Source: Macrostomum lignano
Lineage: Eukaryota
Length of the DNA stretch: 64,000 bases
Assembly (NCBI GenBank): GCA_002269645.1
Contig: NIVC01002881.1
Span: 1-64,000 of the forward strand
Direction: 5' to 3'
Below, one piece after another: positions 1 to 13,995 of this stretch. Positions within the stretch are counted from its first letter, which is position 1, and the number at the start of each line of letters is the position of its first letter. The notes under the pieces were generated by a model. That model was not told the origin of the DNA, ran no database searches, and worked only from the letters and a program-made list of their open reading frames with translations. A program made the translations under genes and the position numbers.

Positions 1-70
1 GACAGACAGACACTAAGACATACAGATAGACACTAAGACATACAGACAGACAGACAGACATACAGACAGC
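1..70. repeat. (GACA)n microsatellite with ACTAA interruptions
   Basis: gacagacagacactaagacatacagatagacactaagac... The same compound motif occurs reverse-complemented at 44845-45095. Confidence 0.85.
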
Positions 71-1269
71 TGCCACCGGGATGGCCGCCATCGCCGCGGC
101 CGCAACCGCCTCCACTGGCAGGCCCGCCATCGCGGCCGATGTAAAAGTAAAATTTTGACATCTGAAAGCAAAAAATACAAACCAAGTGACTAATTATCAT
201 CATTCATTCAGTTATACTAAAAATAAAGCTATATACCGACCTATGTATCTATACGAACTTTGGCTTAACTTGACATTGTGTGAACCGATTTTCTTCAAAA
301 CTTGCACCAATAGATCAGAAATTTTTCCGTGAGGGTACATGTATCGTGGCTAAGAAATGGGTCAATGCTAAAAAAGCTAAAAAGCTAAAAGAAAAAGTAC
401 TTTTCTGCAAAGGTCAAGTAGCCCTTTCCACGAGAAATGCATAGTAAGAATTATAGAAAAAAACTGGCTGACTGAATTCTTATTCTGATAAACATTGCAT
501 CATACTAAGCATTTTATCCATTGTAAGTGTCTAAAAAGTATAAAAAACATTTCACACACTAAAAGCTCAAAAGACCGAGACCTAGTAAAACTAGGTCTTA
601 GTATAACGTAGTATAACAAATTTTGAAGGAATAATATATTATTAGTTTATTAGTTTACGTGGTCTACTTAGTTAATTAAATTTGTGACTCGAAAAAAATA
701 TTTAGGATACTTGTAATTTACAATACTTAAATTGTCAAAGTGTATGTAAAGTCGAAAGTCATTTTAATTAAAAGTCATTGATTACACTTGCGCCGTTCCA
801 ATTCTGTTGCCAAAATTTAGAGACAAGAGTTTTTACATATTCCACAGTAGATAAAAACTATTCTAGACTCTTGACTTCTAAAGAACGGCTTATTCCCACA
901 GGCTCGTGAAGCCATTGGATACGACTGCAGTAAACAGATGATCACGTTTCATGCCTGGATGAGGCAGGGCAACTTTGCGTGATAAGTCCATAATTAGACA
1001 CAGTTGTAATCATAAATCAAAGTTTTGTTTTTAAAGCAGCTATATTTGATAATTTTTAAGTAGAAGACTGTCTAAAACTCAAAGCGTCGTGCATCGAATA
1101 GGCAGTAAGAGGATAGTTTATCTCAAACATTTCAATAATATAATAGCTTTTTTGTAAGGCAAAATATTATTTCTTAAAGCAATATCAAAGCAATGCCAAA
1201 CGATGCCGCTCACACTTTGACGGACCTTTACTGCACATTTTGCGGGCGATGTTACGCGCAGCCAATTCA

Positions 1270-2090
1270 CCAATGTGCTGCCAAGTGCAACCACCTACAC
1301 AGCAGACCGCCAATGAACTCATTCTAATGAGCCACGGTAATTTGTTTCCTACCTAGGCCATAGGCCGTCGCAATATTGAAGTTCCTGCTATGCACAAACT
1401 AAGGCCGACATTAAAGTTCTGGTATTTAAATTATTAATCGAATGCCCACGTTCTAAGGCGAACGAGTAGCACGCAATAAGATGCTACCCGTAGGCAACCA
1501 CGTGCATAGCAAGCCGCCATCGTACTCACACTTAATGATTCTAGGCAAAAAATCGAGAGTCGTAGTACTGCATTGCCTACTGTGCACTATCGTCGGCAAT
1601 TTTACTATAAACTATATGAAATTCGATCGCCCACCTTCTAAAGCGCATGAGTGACACGCAGCTTGCAACTGGATAACGTTTGAATAGTTTGACATTATCA
1701 ATAAGCAAAATTCAATAGTGGTGTGTCACACACAAAGGCAATCAAATTGCACAGTAGAACGCCGTACTGCTCAAACCTAATGAGCAGAGGCAATTATTTT
1801 ATATGTTGCACACATTTCAATTCTCCTAAGCTATATACCGCAGTACTGCATTGCCTACTGTGCATACACCTATTTATCTGAACAGTAAAATATCACAGCT
1901 AGGAAAACTTTTCAACTCACAATTGCCATCTTCTAAGGCGCGAATGCTTAACACACTATTCTGTCTGCTGAATAATGCTGACATTATCACAGCCTGCACA
2001 ATGCAAGAGAATTTGTGCTAAACAAGAGCAACCTCATGCACAGTAGACCGCCTTGACACTCATACTTGAAGAGGCGAGGCAATGGAATGA
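1270..2090. repeat. Ancient degenerate tandem repeat, roughly 250-290 bp period
   Basis: Recurring words: tactgcattgcctactgtgca (~1566, ~1845); ttctaa(g/a)gcg (~1451, ~1637, ~1931); acag(c/t)aga(c/a)cgcc (~1299, ~1751, ~2040). Confidence 0.45.
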
Positions 2091-2147
2091 AATTTCATCA
2101 TCAACGACTTATAAATTTCTAAAATCCTGGCCCACCATGCACTAGCG

Positions 2148-2975
2148 TTGACAATAGGCATAAGGTTCTGGCGACCTGCCCTGGCCAAGGCAGTGTCCGA
2201 CTACGTCGCTTCCTGCCAGACCTGCACTCAGAGCAAAGGACGGCGACGAATTCCGGCGCATGTACAATCGTTTCCGGTATGTGAAATTTATAGGCGATGT
2301 GCTATCGACAGCCAGGGCCCCACTGGCGATCCGACAGACCGAGGCAACAAGTACATTCTGACCTATGTCGACACCACGTCGAAATACCCCTTCGCTTTCG
2401 CCATGAAGAACAGCGCGCCAAAACGATAAAAACTCTCCTGCAAGAATGTCGTCTACGGAGTGCCCTAATTTTACCTGATCGATAACAACCTAGACCGCCT
2501 GGACGTATCAGCAGATCTCCCGGAGTACATTGCCAAGCATCAGCGTAGACTGGCCGAGACAGAACGAATTGTACGACAGAGACAGAGGACAGAGATCCAG
2601 CGCCGAGAGGAGTATTACGAAAATCGACCGAAGCCCGTGGAGTTGCAGCCTGGCGACCTTGTCTGCCTGGCCAACCCGAAGCTCGAGTTGGGAGAGCTGC
2701 CCAAATTCCACCGGCCGTACAAGAGTATGTACAAGGTCTTTAGGAAAGTTAGAGAAGTGGCGTACTGGATCAAGCCTGCGACGGCCCGACAGGGACGCCC
2801 AGCCGAGATGTGTCTACATCGCAACAACATCATCAAGGTGCCGCAGATGATGGCAGACCGACCGCAGGAGCCGCCGCGCCAGACTGAGCGGCCAATGTTG
2901 CCCTACGAGTCGAGTGACGACAGCGAAGCCGAACCAGCCGATCAGCCCGTTCCAGAACAGCCAGCCGCAGCTTAG
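2148..2975 (+). pseudogene. Ty3/Gypsy integrase remnant with the catalytic core internally deleted
   Basis: Zn-binding end (WRPALAKAVSDYVASCQTCTQSK), start of the rve core (AIDSQGP..TDRGNKYILTYVDTTSKYPFAFAMKN) and C-terminal GPY/F-type region (LQPGDLVCL..PKFHRPYKSMYKV). Frameshifted; the DQG/NG..E core is missing near 2460. Confidence 0.85.
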
Positions 2976-5900
2976 CCTGTTCGAGCCCAGCTTGCGCCAT
3001 CCGGAGGTGCTCGCTGCAGGCGACCCGGAACTGCCTGACATCGGCATGGAGGTGGAACTCTAAGGTTCCAGTGATTTACTGTTGCGCCTATAAGTTAACT
3101 GTTGCGCCTAACTATTAGGAATAGCAGCCAAGTGCAGTAAATGGCTTTCTTTTCTTCGAAGTTCTTCGAAGTTGGTATTCACAGAGCAAATAGACGTGGA
3201 ATATGTTCACATGGAGTACGCACAACACGCCAATCGACTGAAAGTCGAACTCGATTGCAGTACTCAAATCGGTGCTGATTTGTTGATCTGTCTTGACTAA
3301 TAGTCGGCGTTTAATCTCTGTCTTTCTCTGACCCGTTCTGTGGGTTTTCTTAAACTTTTCTTTGCTGCTTACTTATGCTGCTTACTTACTCAAATCAGTA
3401 TCGAAAAATCGCTGCGACCGAGGTAGTGAGTCGCCCAGGCATAAAAAGGGTGTAGGAGCAGGCGAAAAAGGGGCGCAAGCCATTAAATAGCAAATCCAGG
3501 CCTAGGGGCAGATGGCTCCCACCGGCTAAGCCAACGAATACAGAAAACACACACTGGCCAGCCAATCAAAACCCCGCCTGGGGAGGAGCAAACACAAAGC
3601 CCTTGACTTACTTGACTTCGTTGCAGGGGGTTCCGTGCGTCCGGAAACAGCGAGGAGGCGTTGCCGCCCATTTCGCTAACCCCTTTCGCTAACACAAAGC
3701 CCAGGGGCCAGCCAGACCTTGCCACGCACGTCACCCCCTCTCCCAGCCAGCCCCAAAGTGCATTGCGCCCCGCCAAATAGACAAGGGCACATGCACCACG
3801 GTTTGACACGGACATTAATGGTCACCGTTCCAGAATTTGAAGTAAGAGTACGCATTTCAGATTCAGCAAATGACTACATGCTTGAGCTAACATCTGATTT
3901 CGCTCATTTGTGTAGATGATTCTTTGTTTCTTCAACACTGATGCGGTCTTGTTGCCTTGAAGTCGTCCCCATGTTTCCATGACAGATGCGTTACTTGATC
4001 CTTGTTCGCCACTCTTGTGTCACTACCATTCGTTCAGCCTCCGCCGGCTCCAGATCTTTAGATAATTTAAAGTGCACTAACATAGGGGTTGTGATTATTT
4101 TCCACTTGATATTAAGTTATATATAGAATATTTATATGGTAGTCAATAATTCTTTCCCGTGATAATTACAAGTGAATTCATTTACTAAGACTAGAAGATA
4201 CTATGAGAGCTAGATTGTGTTTAAAAGAAATAATTTTGCATCAATCAAAAACTTCTTTTCATAATTGTTTATTTATTAAGTTATACCTAGATCGAAGATA
4301 TTCGTAATAACTTTATAATTAACAGTCCTTATCAACTGTATAAAGAATGAAGTATTCCTTTATCGACCTATACTTTTTATTTATAGGCTAATTAAATTCT
4401 ACGTCTTATCGTCACATTATTCATATGCAAACTATGTAATGTTCTCTATCGAATCGGTATGCTTTGAATATTCGTTACGCTCGTACTTTCTGATACATAT
4501 ATGCGCCGACTAAAAAATTGAGTTAAGAATCTGCATATTGCAAAAGCAAAGTTCATATTTTTTATTTTAGTAATCTAATAAAATCTAAAATAGAAAAATT
4601 GCTTGTAATTATCCAATTTATGTGACAAACAACGCCTGAAGCCTTAGGCTCTGATTTGCTACAGGTTGCTACATCTTTCTGCGTTCCTCCATAGCTGTAG
4701 GCCTGGATCACATTCCAAATTTACTTTCTGTATCGTCCTAGAGCATCGGATTGTTTTTGAACCGGAGCCCAGAACCAAGAACTATTGCCCTAGTGTACAG
4801 GCATACAAATACCCCACAACTATGACCATCAGATCGAATTGTTCTTGGCATTGATGCCAGCTCAAAGGGCTTCGATGTGCTGGTATATACCGGAGTGCTT
4901 TGGTCGACGAATGCCATAATTCCATCGGACGCCAGTATACGGCTAGAAAGTTTCAGAAGTTTTAGTACTCAAGTTCACTTTTATGTACTAAAACATGTAC
5001 AAACTATAGTACTCACTTCCATCTGCTGAAGAGGAGATAGCTCAGAGCACACAACAGCTCAGAGCGAGAGTGAAAGGACTGCTGAGATGTGGGGCACCTA
5101 GCCGTAAACTTGTGGCTTACTACACAACAAAGTTGCACGATAGAGCTAATGATAAATTTCGACAGCAAGAAAGCGCCTTCGGAATGCTTCAACGGCACCG
5201 GCATCTTTTATATCGTAAATTTTACGTTTTTATGATTCAATCGTTCTACGAAAACAGCTAGCCGTAGCATCCTGATGGCTTAATCTTCCAGTGATAACAA
5301 CCTTCAAGTCCATGTTGTTCGTTCAAAATGTGGTAGTATTTTCATTATTAAAGCGTAGTTTCTTCGGCATCCTTCAATTTTACACTCCGCTTTAATGGTC
5401 AAAAAATTCCGCTTGCTTTTTCAGAATTTATGCTTCCGAATATGATACGCTATGTAAGTAATCCTCAGACAACATGTAGCGACTTTTCGCATAGCCCGGA
5501 AAACTGCTTCATTGAGAAAACTTAGCGAGAAACGTATACTTTGATCCAGACTGACTATCTTCCACCGATAGATTTTCCTCAACTTCTGGTGGTTGTTCGT
5601 TTAACGTCGATTGTGATGAGATTGTGTAACGGGTCGAAAAATATATCGGAACCATTGAATTAACGAATATTCCACCGATGCTAACCAAATGTAACGTTGA
5701 CAGAATTGTGGTGACTTCAGGCTTTGTACCCGGCCTAATGCCACCGAATGTTATAGGGTCGCAATTATCCGTATTAAGAGCGATTTTTCTTGGCCTAAAC
5801 TGGCACCTCTGGGAATTGCTGCCCCAGACAAAAACGTCGAAATACGGCTAAGCGTCTTACCAGAATTCTAGAATGAGACGGGCTAACTGTCACGCTACGC

Positions 5901-6469
5901 TATCACTCACCTTAGTAGTTTATTATGAATGAAATGTATTTCATTTAAACTGTAAAAGGGAAGGTATTTTTTGTTTTTTTGAAAATTATGCTTCAAGAGC
6001 CATTCGAATTTAATTGGGTTCTTGGAGTTCCAGGGCCACCTTGAAGACCACTGGGGTTACATTTAAATTAGTTGCCCTAGTTTGCTAAGTTTGGTTATTG
6101 GTAAGATTAGTTGACTGCCTGATGCTGCATGCTTGAGATTTGACTCGAGATTCCCTGGTCAGCCATACTGGCTGCCGATTTATTATTTTTATTAGCCTGG
6201 CCAGCTGTACTAACAGCCTGTATACTATTTTAGTGAGCTGCTGAGTGAGCTGCTGCTGAGAGTGAACTGGTTATTGCTGCGTGGTTCCCTGCTTCTGCTG
6301 TGTAGTGATAGATTACGTAGTGGTTTGCTGCGTGTTAGACTGTGACTGCTAAGAGTGCTGCTACTCGGTGTGAGATGGTTGTTTCTGAGTGACTGCTTGA
6401 GTGTTACTGATTGACTGCTGTATCCCGATGAAAGCCGTACCTAGGCCAAGAAGCGTCCCAGAGCCACTT

Positions 6470-6680
6470 GCGGCGCCCCTGAGTCGTTTCAGGCGCGTTG
6501 CAGATGACATTGGTCAAATTGGAAAGAAGTGACTCTAAACGCATCAAAGCGACGAGACGTCACGGTACAAGTCGGCAAAGAGTCGCCCCAGAATCACTTT
6601 GAAGCGTTTTATTGTCTGCGACTGAAACGACTCTGGGGCGCGCAAGTGATTCTGGCGCGGCTCTAGTGACTCAGGGGCGA
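6470..6680. repeat. Nested imperfect inverted repeats (GC-rich, MITE-like remnant)
   Basis: gcgcccctgagtcgtttcag (~6473) pairs with ctgaaacgactctggggcgc (~6621); gccccagaatcactt (~6585) pairs with aagtgattctggcgc (~6644). Confidence 0.4.
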
Positions 6681-7107
6681 CGGTATAATGATTATTGTGG
6701 TGTTCTAAAGGCGCATTAAAATCACTGAGTTGTGCTTGAAGTGCTTTTGCGTCGCTTGATGAATTAGAGTCACATTTTCTGCGTTTCAGTGGCGTTCTGA
6801 AGTCGCTAAAAAGTCGGAAAAGAAGCGCTTCAGCGTCACTATGGATCGTTAGTGCGTCACTTAATAAGCGCCCTGGATGTGTTAAAGTGTTATACAGTCG
6901 CTAAAGAGTCGCAAAAGAAGCGCTTCTTCTGCATGCTCATCAGCTATAAACCCAGTACGCTGTAAACTTAGCGAAATGACACAACATTCGGCAAAAACGT
7001 ATGGAAAATTCTCATGCGTTTTCGACAGGCATCGCAACTCTGCCGTTTATCAATTAATATTAGTTGTCATTGCTGCAAAATGTTGCAGCCGTCAGTTTAT
7101 TATTAAA

Positions 7108-7138
<31 letters not shown>
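7108..7138. repeat. (ATT)n microsatellite
   Basis: About 10 perfect ATT units. Confidence 0.95.
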
Positions 7139-7139
<1 letters not shown>

Positions 7140-7897
7140 AGTTAAATATGTGAAAAAACAAAGGTAGGGTACGTGGCAGTATTAGCAGCAGTGTTAGAAG
7201 CAGTAGTATTAAGACTATTACTAACAGTATTATTGAGATGATTATTAGCAGTACTACTAGCGGTAGTACAGAATGATGAAGAAAATGACGAAAGAGTGAT
7301 GATAAAGTATTGTTATTTATAATTTAATGCCCTGCGTTCTACTCTTTCGATGACTGCTGATGTTGCTTACTAGCTCTCTCTGTCTGCCCCTAACAATCTG
7401 GCAAGGCGGGTAGCTGGCCTGAGTGGTCTAGCACTAAGGTCCGAGAACACTTGCTTAGTTCCTATTAAGCTAATTTCAGATATTAGACCGAGTTTTGGTA
7501 GTTGGTTCACTGCCACCTTGTAGGTCTACAGGTAATATTCTCAACAGGTTATCCCTAGGTAAACCTACTGTAAGTAGAAAATAAAAAGCCAAGACAAGTC
7601 AGTTGAACGTTTATTAGTGTGAATAATGGTCACGGGCCGATCCTAAATTATCATTTAACGCTCAACTGGTTTTGCAGTAAACAAGCTGTTGTATGGGGTT
7701 TAATTCAAAAGCAGTTTTGCTAGAGCGATTGCCAGATGAATTCCCATTCGTCAAGAGGAATATTTTAGTAACCCGAAGTCGAGAATAAGCAGTTTTGCTT
7801 TTGCACTGCTATCAGTAGTTCACCCTCGCGGAAATAATCGAAGTTTTGGGAATTCGCTTCTTAGTAGATTTCTCCATTAGTAAAAGGCTGTTTAGCT

Positions 7898-8709
7898 TCG
7901 GGAAAAGCATCCGTTCAGGACGTTTAGGTTTTGTCTCGCATAGAGGCGCCTAACCGCAGTACCCCTGTGAAACTTGTCTCTGCCTGGCCGAAAGCTTGTA
8001 ATGAGTTAGTAGGCTGGGTTGGAGGGTAATAGTGGATCAGGAAGGGCTGTGGGTAGCTGTATAGGAAGGCGGGCCTATCCCTGTTCCAGTTGGTGCTCTG
8101 ACGGTCCCCCTCGGAGTGCTCTCTGAGCGAACAGCCAGCGACCCTATTAAAGCTGGAGTATGCCACAACCAGGACTGAGTCTGAACAGGACGGGACGGTT
8201 GGCACGGTCACTATAGAAATGGCGGGTTGGCGAAGCAAAGGGTGAAATAGTCCCGGCGATTAGCCCTCCTGCCGCTTCAAAGATAAGAGACTGTCTTGGC
8301 AAGAGTTCCCGGGGGTGGTGGGCGGTCGGCCCCAGCTGGTAGCCACGGCTCTCGGTCTTCGGACCAACCCTAATAGGCTTTGGGGCCAACTAACCGGAAT
8401 TTTTGGGCACGGGCTTCCTGACTGGTACGTCGAACCCTCGCTGTCCCCGGGGAGGTTTAGATAAGCCAATTGGGTTTGGGGTAGGCGTACGCTCTGAGGG
8501 TCGGGGGTAGGGCCCGCTCTCGGCCTGACTGGCGCCGCCTGCCCGGCTCGATGTACAGTCCTCTTAGTTCTAATTAGGATTTAAGTGTACATTAGTACAC
8601 TTCCAACCTGGAAGCTATATATCTCTAGTGGCGTAAGAGCCTGTTCAATGGCTGAGGCGCCGATTTACTTATTTAGTTAGTTAGTCGGGAAAAGCATCCG
8701 TTCAGGACG
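7898..8709. repeat. GC-richer segment flanked by a 25-bp perfect direct repeat
   Basis: tcgggaaaagcatccgttcaggacg at 7898-7922 and 8685-8709; the inner segment ends in tttagttagttag. Confidence 0.6.
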
Positions 8710-9764
8710 GTCCATCGGGACAACATTTAGAGACCAAGTCACTAACAAGCCAAGCTAAGTAACAAGCTAAACATAAAAGGGAGTCCCTCATTGTGTAAAA
8801 AGCAGAAGTATAACTCTTTAAAATATATAGGAAATTAAGGGTAAGTCCAGGGTAACATAGGGAGGCTAAAAGGAGTCTACCAGTTAGTTTAAACGGAGTC
8901 TACCAAGAATAGGAATATAGTATAGTCAACTAAATAACATAGGGAAGACTAAGGGAGTCTACCATTAGTCTAAATAATAAACGGAGTATACCATAAAGAA
9001 TAATTGTTTTTTTCTCTTTGCATATTTGGCTTATCTAAATATACTAAATCTCTAAGGTTTGTATGTCCATAACGCTCTAGTAATAATACTATTTTCGTTG
9101 TTTTAAGTACCTTATATAAGTTTGACTCTTGTCTCACTTATTTTAATTTAACATTAACTATAAGGGACATTAGTCTGGTGGCAGCAACATACCGAATTAA
9201 AGTACATAAGAGCAGAAATAATAGTACCGCCCAAACCAGTAGCCTAGACCGTAACCCATTCTTGGTAAATAGAAAAATCTTCCAAGTTAGATCCAAACTC
9301 GAAGTATCTCGAGGTTGGATACTAACTAGCTATCACCCAGAAGTCGACCGCCCACTCCACAAGCCCTAAACCTTGTTAGGTGTTAAATCAATGTTGCCCA
9401 ACAGCGCAGGTTGTAGGCTTCGAGACCGGGTTCAGACGGCGTTGGAGGTCTGGCGTGTTGCCGTCAAAATGGCCTGCGGCGGTCTTAATGAGCAATGGCA
9501 GCTGAAAATAATATTTACTTGCAGGTTATCCCTAGAAAAAGCGTCTAACGATTCTGGCTACGCTAGTGCGTCTAGAAAATGCGTCTAGGAATACTAGCTC
9601 TTTCTCGGAGCCAAGCAGGTTGGTCTCTTTTGGGCCCTCTTCTACTCTGTATTTATACTAAAACCTGAGGGCTCTGGGCCAATAGGAAGCTCAGAGGCAG
9701 TTCCATGGCAGAACCCGTGGCAGTTCCGTGACTGCCCGGAGCCAGGGAATGATCTCGGAGATGT

Positions 9765-10950
9765 CCATAAGACATCTACCTCATCACGGGGCCTCCGCAT
9801 GACCTGCTGGTACACCGCTTGTATGTTGCAGCATGCAAGGAGTGCACCCCCAGATTCCCACAGTAGCCTACCCGGGGCGGAGAGCTATGCTCTCGTTCCC
9901 GCTGACTAACAAAGACTGTACTAAGGAGAAATATCCCACTGACTAATATTCTATTTTTAGCCATTTTTGCAGCCCGAGCCAGCGGGAGAGGGGGATACTT
10001 GAAATATGGAGGATTAAAATAGAATTACAAAAAGTTTAACTGTCAATCAACTTGGTCATGATGGCATTACTTTAGCTCTGCGTGCGCAAAATTTGATTTC
10101 CAACTATTTAAAAACTTTGGCATTAGTAGTTCTGCCTCGACACGCTCTTCTGTCGATAATTTTTTTAAAGTCGGGTGCGTCAGGATGGCTGATTAAAATG
10201 ACCTTTTACTATGTCGGAAAACGTTTAAGCCTGTAGCAGGACTTTCGCAAGACTTTCACTTTCGCAGTAAAGTGAGGTCTATAACTGCGCGCAACATTTG
10301 ACCGACGTCACTGAATTTTTTTTCAATGAATCACGCCTTCGGGCTAGGGCACCCAAACCATAAGACATCTACCTCATCACGGGGCCTCCGCATGACCTGC
10401 TGGTACACCGCTTGTATGTTGCAGCATGCAAGGAGTGCACCCCCAGATTCCCACAGTAGCCTACCCGGGGCGGAGAGCTATGCTCTCGTTCCCGCTGACT
10501 AACAAAGACTGTACTAAGGAGAAATATCCCACTGACTAATATTCTATTTTTAGCCATTTTTGCAGCCCGAGCCAGCGGGAGAGGGGATACTTGAAATATG
10601 GAGGATTAAAATAGAATTACAAAAAGTTTAACTGTCAATCAACTTGGTCATGATGGCATTACTTTAGCTCTGCGTGCGCAAAATTTGATTTCCAACTATT
10701 TAAAAACTTTGGCATTAGTAGTTCTGCCTCGACACGCTCTTCTGTCGATAATTTTTTTAAAGTCGGGTGCGTCAGGATGGCTGATTAAAATGACCTTTTA
10801 CTATGTCGGAAAACGTTTAAGCCTGTAGCAGGACTTTCGCAAGACTTTCACTTTCGCAGTAAAGTGAGGTCTATAACTGCGCGCAACATTTGACCGACGT
10901 CACTGAATTTTTTTTCAATGAATCACGCCTTCGGGCTAGGGCACCCAAAC
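9765..10950. repeat. Near-perfect head-to-tail duplication of a 593-bp unit
   Basis: Units 9765-10357 and 10358-10950; identical 62-aa ORFs at 9776-9964 and 10369-10557 (offset 593). Confidence 0.95.
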
Positions 10951-11093
10951 CTTTTGGCGTTTGCGGCGAACCGTTGATTGGCGGGTCCACTTTTCTCTTT
11001 ATAAACGGACTCAGAGGTGGACTCAGAGTAGCCTGAAAAATAGGTGGGATACAATGGGTAGGTTAGTGTTATGTGTACTGGTATAAATAGTAT

Positions 11094-11230
11094 GCTGGCG
11101 AATGAGACACAAGAAGCTGAGATTCTAGCGAATGAGAGATAGGAAGCTGAGATACTGGCGAATGAGAGACAGGAAGCTGAGATACTGGCGACAGGAAGCT
11201 GATGTACTGGCGAATGAGAGACAGGAAGCG
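11094..11230. repeat. ~30-bp minisatellite
   Basis: ctggcgaatgagagacaggaagctgagata repeated 4-5 times with variants. Confidence 0.8.
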
Positions 11231-12279
11231 TTTCACATTTATAATGTGAAAATGTAATGTGCGTTATATTATGAGGTATTGGATATCTATATCAAATATC
11301 AATTTTTTTTATATCTTTATTTGGCAAGTGTTTAAAAAATAGCATCCTACCTTGCTTTTTGCTTTGCTATTTGCGATGATCGGCCCAGCAGGCGAGGCAG
11401 AAGGCAAGGTAGCAGGCGAGGCAGTTTGGCTGGCATTGTTTTTGCTGTTGGCCTGGTAATTACGTAGGAAAAATATTTGATGTTATTGAAAAGCTATGTT
11501 ATCATTATGAGGTACAAAATATACGCAATCGATTCGCTTGGAGATGCCCTGTCCAAGATTTGGCTAAATTAAGAGGCGGAAGAGGAGAGATTAAGAGAGA
11601 TTAAACACGAAAGAGGTGGTTGCCGTGATAAAAAAAACGTTTTAAAAAAGTCTCTTACCGCGAAATGGCGAAATATATATCGACATTGAAAATTAAAAAC
11701 CGGCACCTCTGGCGGATCCGGAAGCGGTCGCACTTGTCCGTCTTCTACCGCTTCTTCGACCACTTCCTCAAAGGAATAGTTTTCCCAACTAAAGTTTGGC
11801 GTTTTCTCAATAGACATTGCTGAAATATTTAAAGGGTAATGTCAAATACGTGAAAAGTTATACCTTTAGCTATAGCTATTGCACTTGTTAGGGTTAAGGA
11901 ATGATGGGAAGAGGGGGGGTAAGATAAGCGAGTAAGAGCGAGTGGGGGTTGAAGGGAGGGAGAGTGGGGGGAGTGGAAGCGAGGGAGGTTGGGAGAGGGA
12001 GAGTGGAAGGTGGAAGTGTGGGCGTACGATCTATCGAATTCTACGCATAGTTCTAATCTAGCAATCTACGCCCCCCGTTGGGGAGCCAAAGAAATGCAAT
12101 ACACGTTTTTTTAATAAGCTACATGTATCCTTGAAATCTTAAAAAAATCTCCTGTCAAACCTTGTAAGCCTTGACATGTCAGTGATTCCCCCTAAAGCTT
12201 TAACATATCAACTTCCCCCCTTGACATCTCAGCAATGCCCCCAATCCAATATACTAAAAATCAAAACTATGTACCTATA

Positions 12280-13585
12280 CTTAGATTACTGCACTCGATA
12301 AGCTAAGGATTATTGCTCTTGGCAAACCAAGAATTACTGCACTCAAAAAGCCAAGGATTATTGCTATTAATAAACCAAGGATTAATGCACTTGATTAATC
12401 AAGGATTATTGCTATTAATAAACCAACGATTACTGCACTCAATAAGCCAAGGATTATTGCTATTAATAAACCAAGGATTACTGCACTCAATAAACCAAGG
12501 ACTATTGCTCTTGGCAAACCAAGGATTACTGCACTCGATAAGCCAAAGATTATTGCTATTAATAAACCAAGGATTACTGCACTCGATAAGCCAAAGATTA
12601 TTGCTATTATAAACCAAGGATTACTGCACTCGATAAGCCAAGGATTATTGCTATTAATAAACCAAGGATTACTGCACTCGATAAGCCATGGATTATTGCT
12701 ATTAATAAACCAAGGATTACTGCACTCGATAAGCCATGGATTATTGCTATTAATAAACCAAGGATTACTGCACTTGGCAAACCAAGGATTACTGCACTCA
12801 ATAAGCCAAGGATTATTGCTATTAATAAACCAAGGATTACTGCACTCAATAAACCAAGGACTATTGCTCTTGGCAAACCAAGGATTACTGCACTTGATTA
12901 ATCAAGGATTATTGCTATTAATAAACCAAGGATTACTGCACTCGATAAGCCAAGGATTATTGCTATTAATAAACCAAGGATTACTGCACTCGATAAGCCA
13001 AGGATTATTGCTATTAATAAACCAAGGATTACTGCACTCGATAAGCCAAGGATTATTGCTATTAATAAACCAAGGATTACTGCACTCGATAAGCCAAGGA
13101 TTATTGCTATTAATAAACCAAGGATTACTGCACTCGATAAGCCATGGATTTTTGCTATTAATAAACCAAGGATTACTGCACTTGGCAAACCAAGGATTAC
13201 TGCACTCGATAAGCCATGGATTATTGCTATTAATAAACCAAGGATTACTGCACTCGATAAGCCAAGGATTATTGCTATTAATCAACCAAGGATTAATGCA
13301 ACCCGAACCAAGGATTACTGCACTCGATGGCTTATCGATTACTGCACTTGGCAAACCAAGGATTACTGCACTGGATAAGCCATGGATTATTGCTATTACT
13401 AAACCAAGGATTACTGCACTCGATAAGCCAAGGATTATTGCTATTAATAAACCAAGGATTACTGCACTCGATAAGCCATGGATTATTGCTATTAATAAAC
13501 CAAGGATTACTGCACTCGATAAGCCAAGGATTATTGCTATTAATAAACCAAGGATTACTACACTCGATAGCCAAGGATTACTACG
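12280..13585. repeat. 48-bp minisatellite built from two related 24-bp subunits
   Basis: aaccaaggattactgcactcgata + agccaaggattattgctattaata; period 48 read directly (13021 to 13069). It explains the LLLINQGLLHSISQG ORFs. Confidence 0.95.
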
Positions 13586-13619
13586 CTTGATAAGCTTGGC
13601 TACATGTATAGGATTATTT

Positions 13620-13995
13620 CTATCCAGGGATGCTTGCTATTTAGGGATTCTTGCTATGTGCAGGATGCTTGCTATCTGGAAGGATGCTTCTACATTATTT
13701 GGGGATGCTTGCTATCTGGAAGGATGCTTCTACATTATTTGGGGTATGCTTGCTATCTGCAAGATGCTTGCTATCTGCAAGATGCTTGCTATCTGCAAGA
13801 TGCTTGCTATCTGCAAGATGCTTGCTATCTGCAAGATGCTTGCTATCTGCAAGATGCTTGCTATCTGCAAGATGCTTGCTATCTGCAAGATGCTTGCTAT
13901 CTGCAAGATGCTTGCTATCTGCAGATGCTTGCTATCTGGGTGGATGCTTGCTAGGAGTATTAGGGGATGCTTGCTACTGGGGGGATGCTTGCTGT
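13620..13995. repeat. 18-bp minisatellite (gatgcttgctatctgcaa)
   Basis: About 10 perfect units at ~13745-13925 with degenerate flanks; gives the MLAICK ORFs. Confidence 0.95.

Noticed and set aside
4600-5900. Possible decayed transposase or Zn-finger on the minus strand (IKAECKIEGC...ITGRLSH)
   Set aside because: Too fragmented to assign a family by eye; needs a translated HMM search.
7406-7515. tRNA/SINE-like A and B boxes
   Set aside because: The boxes are degenerate, ~90 bp apart, and no cloverleaf forms.
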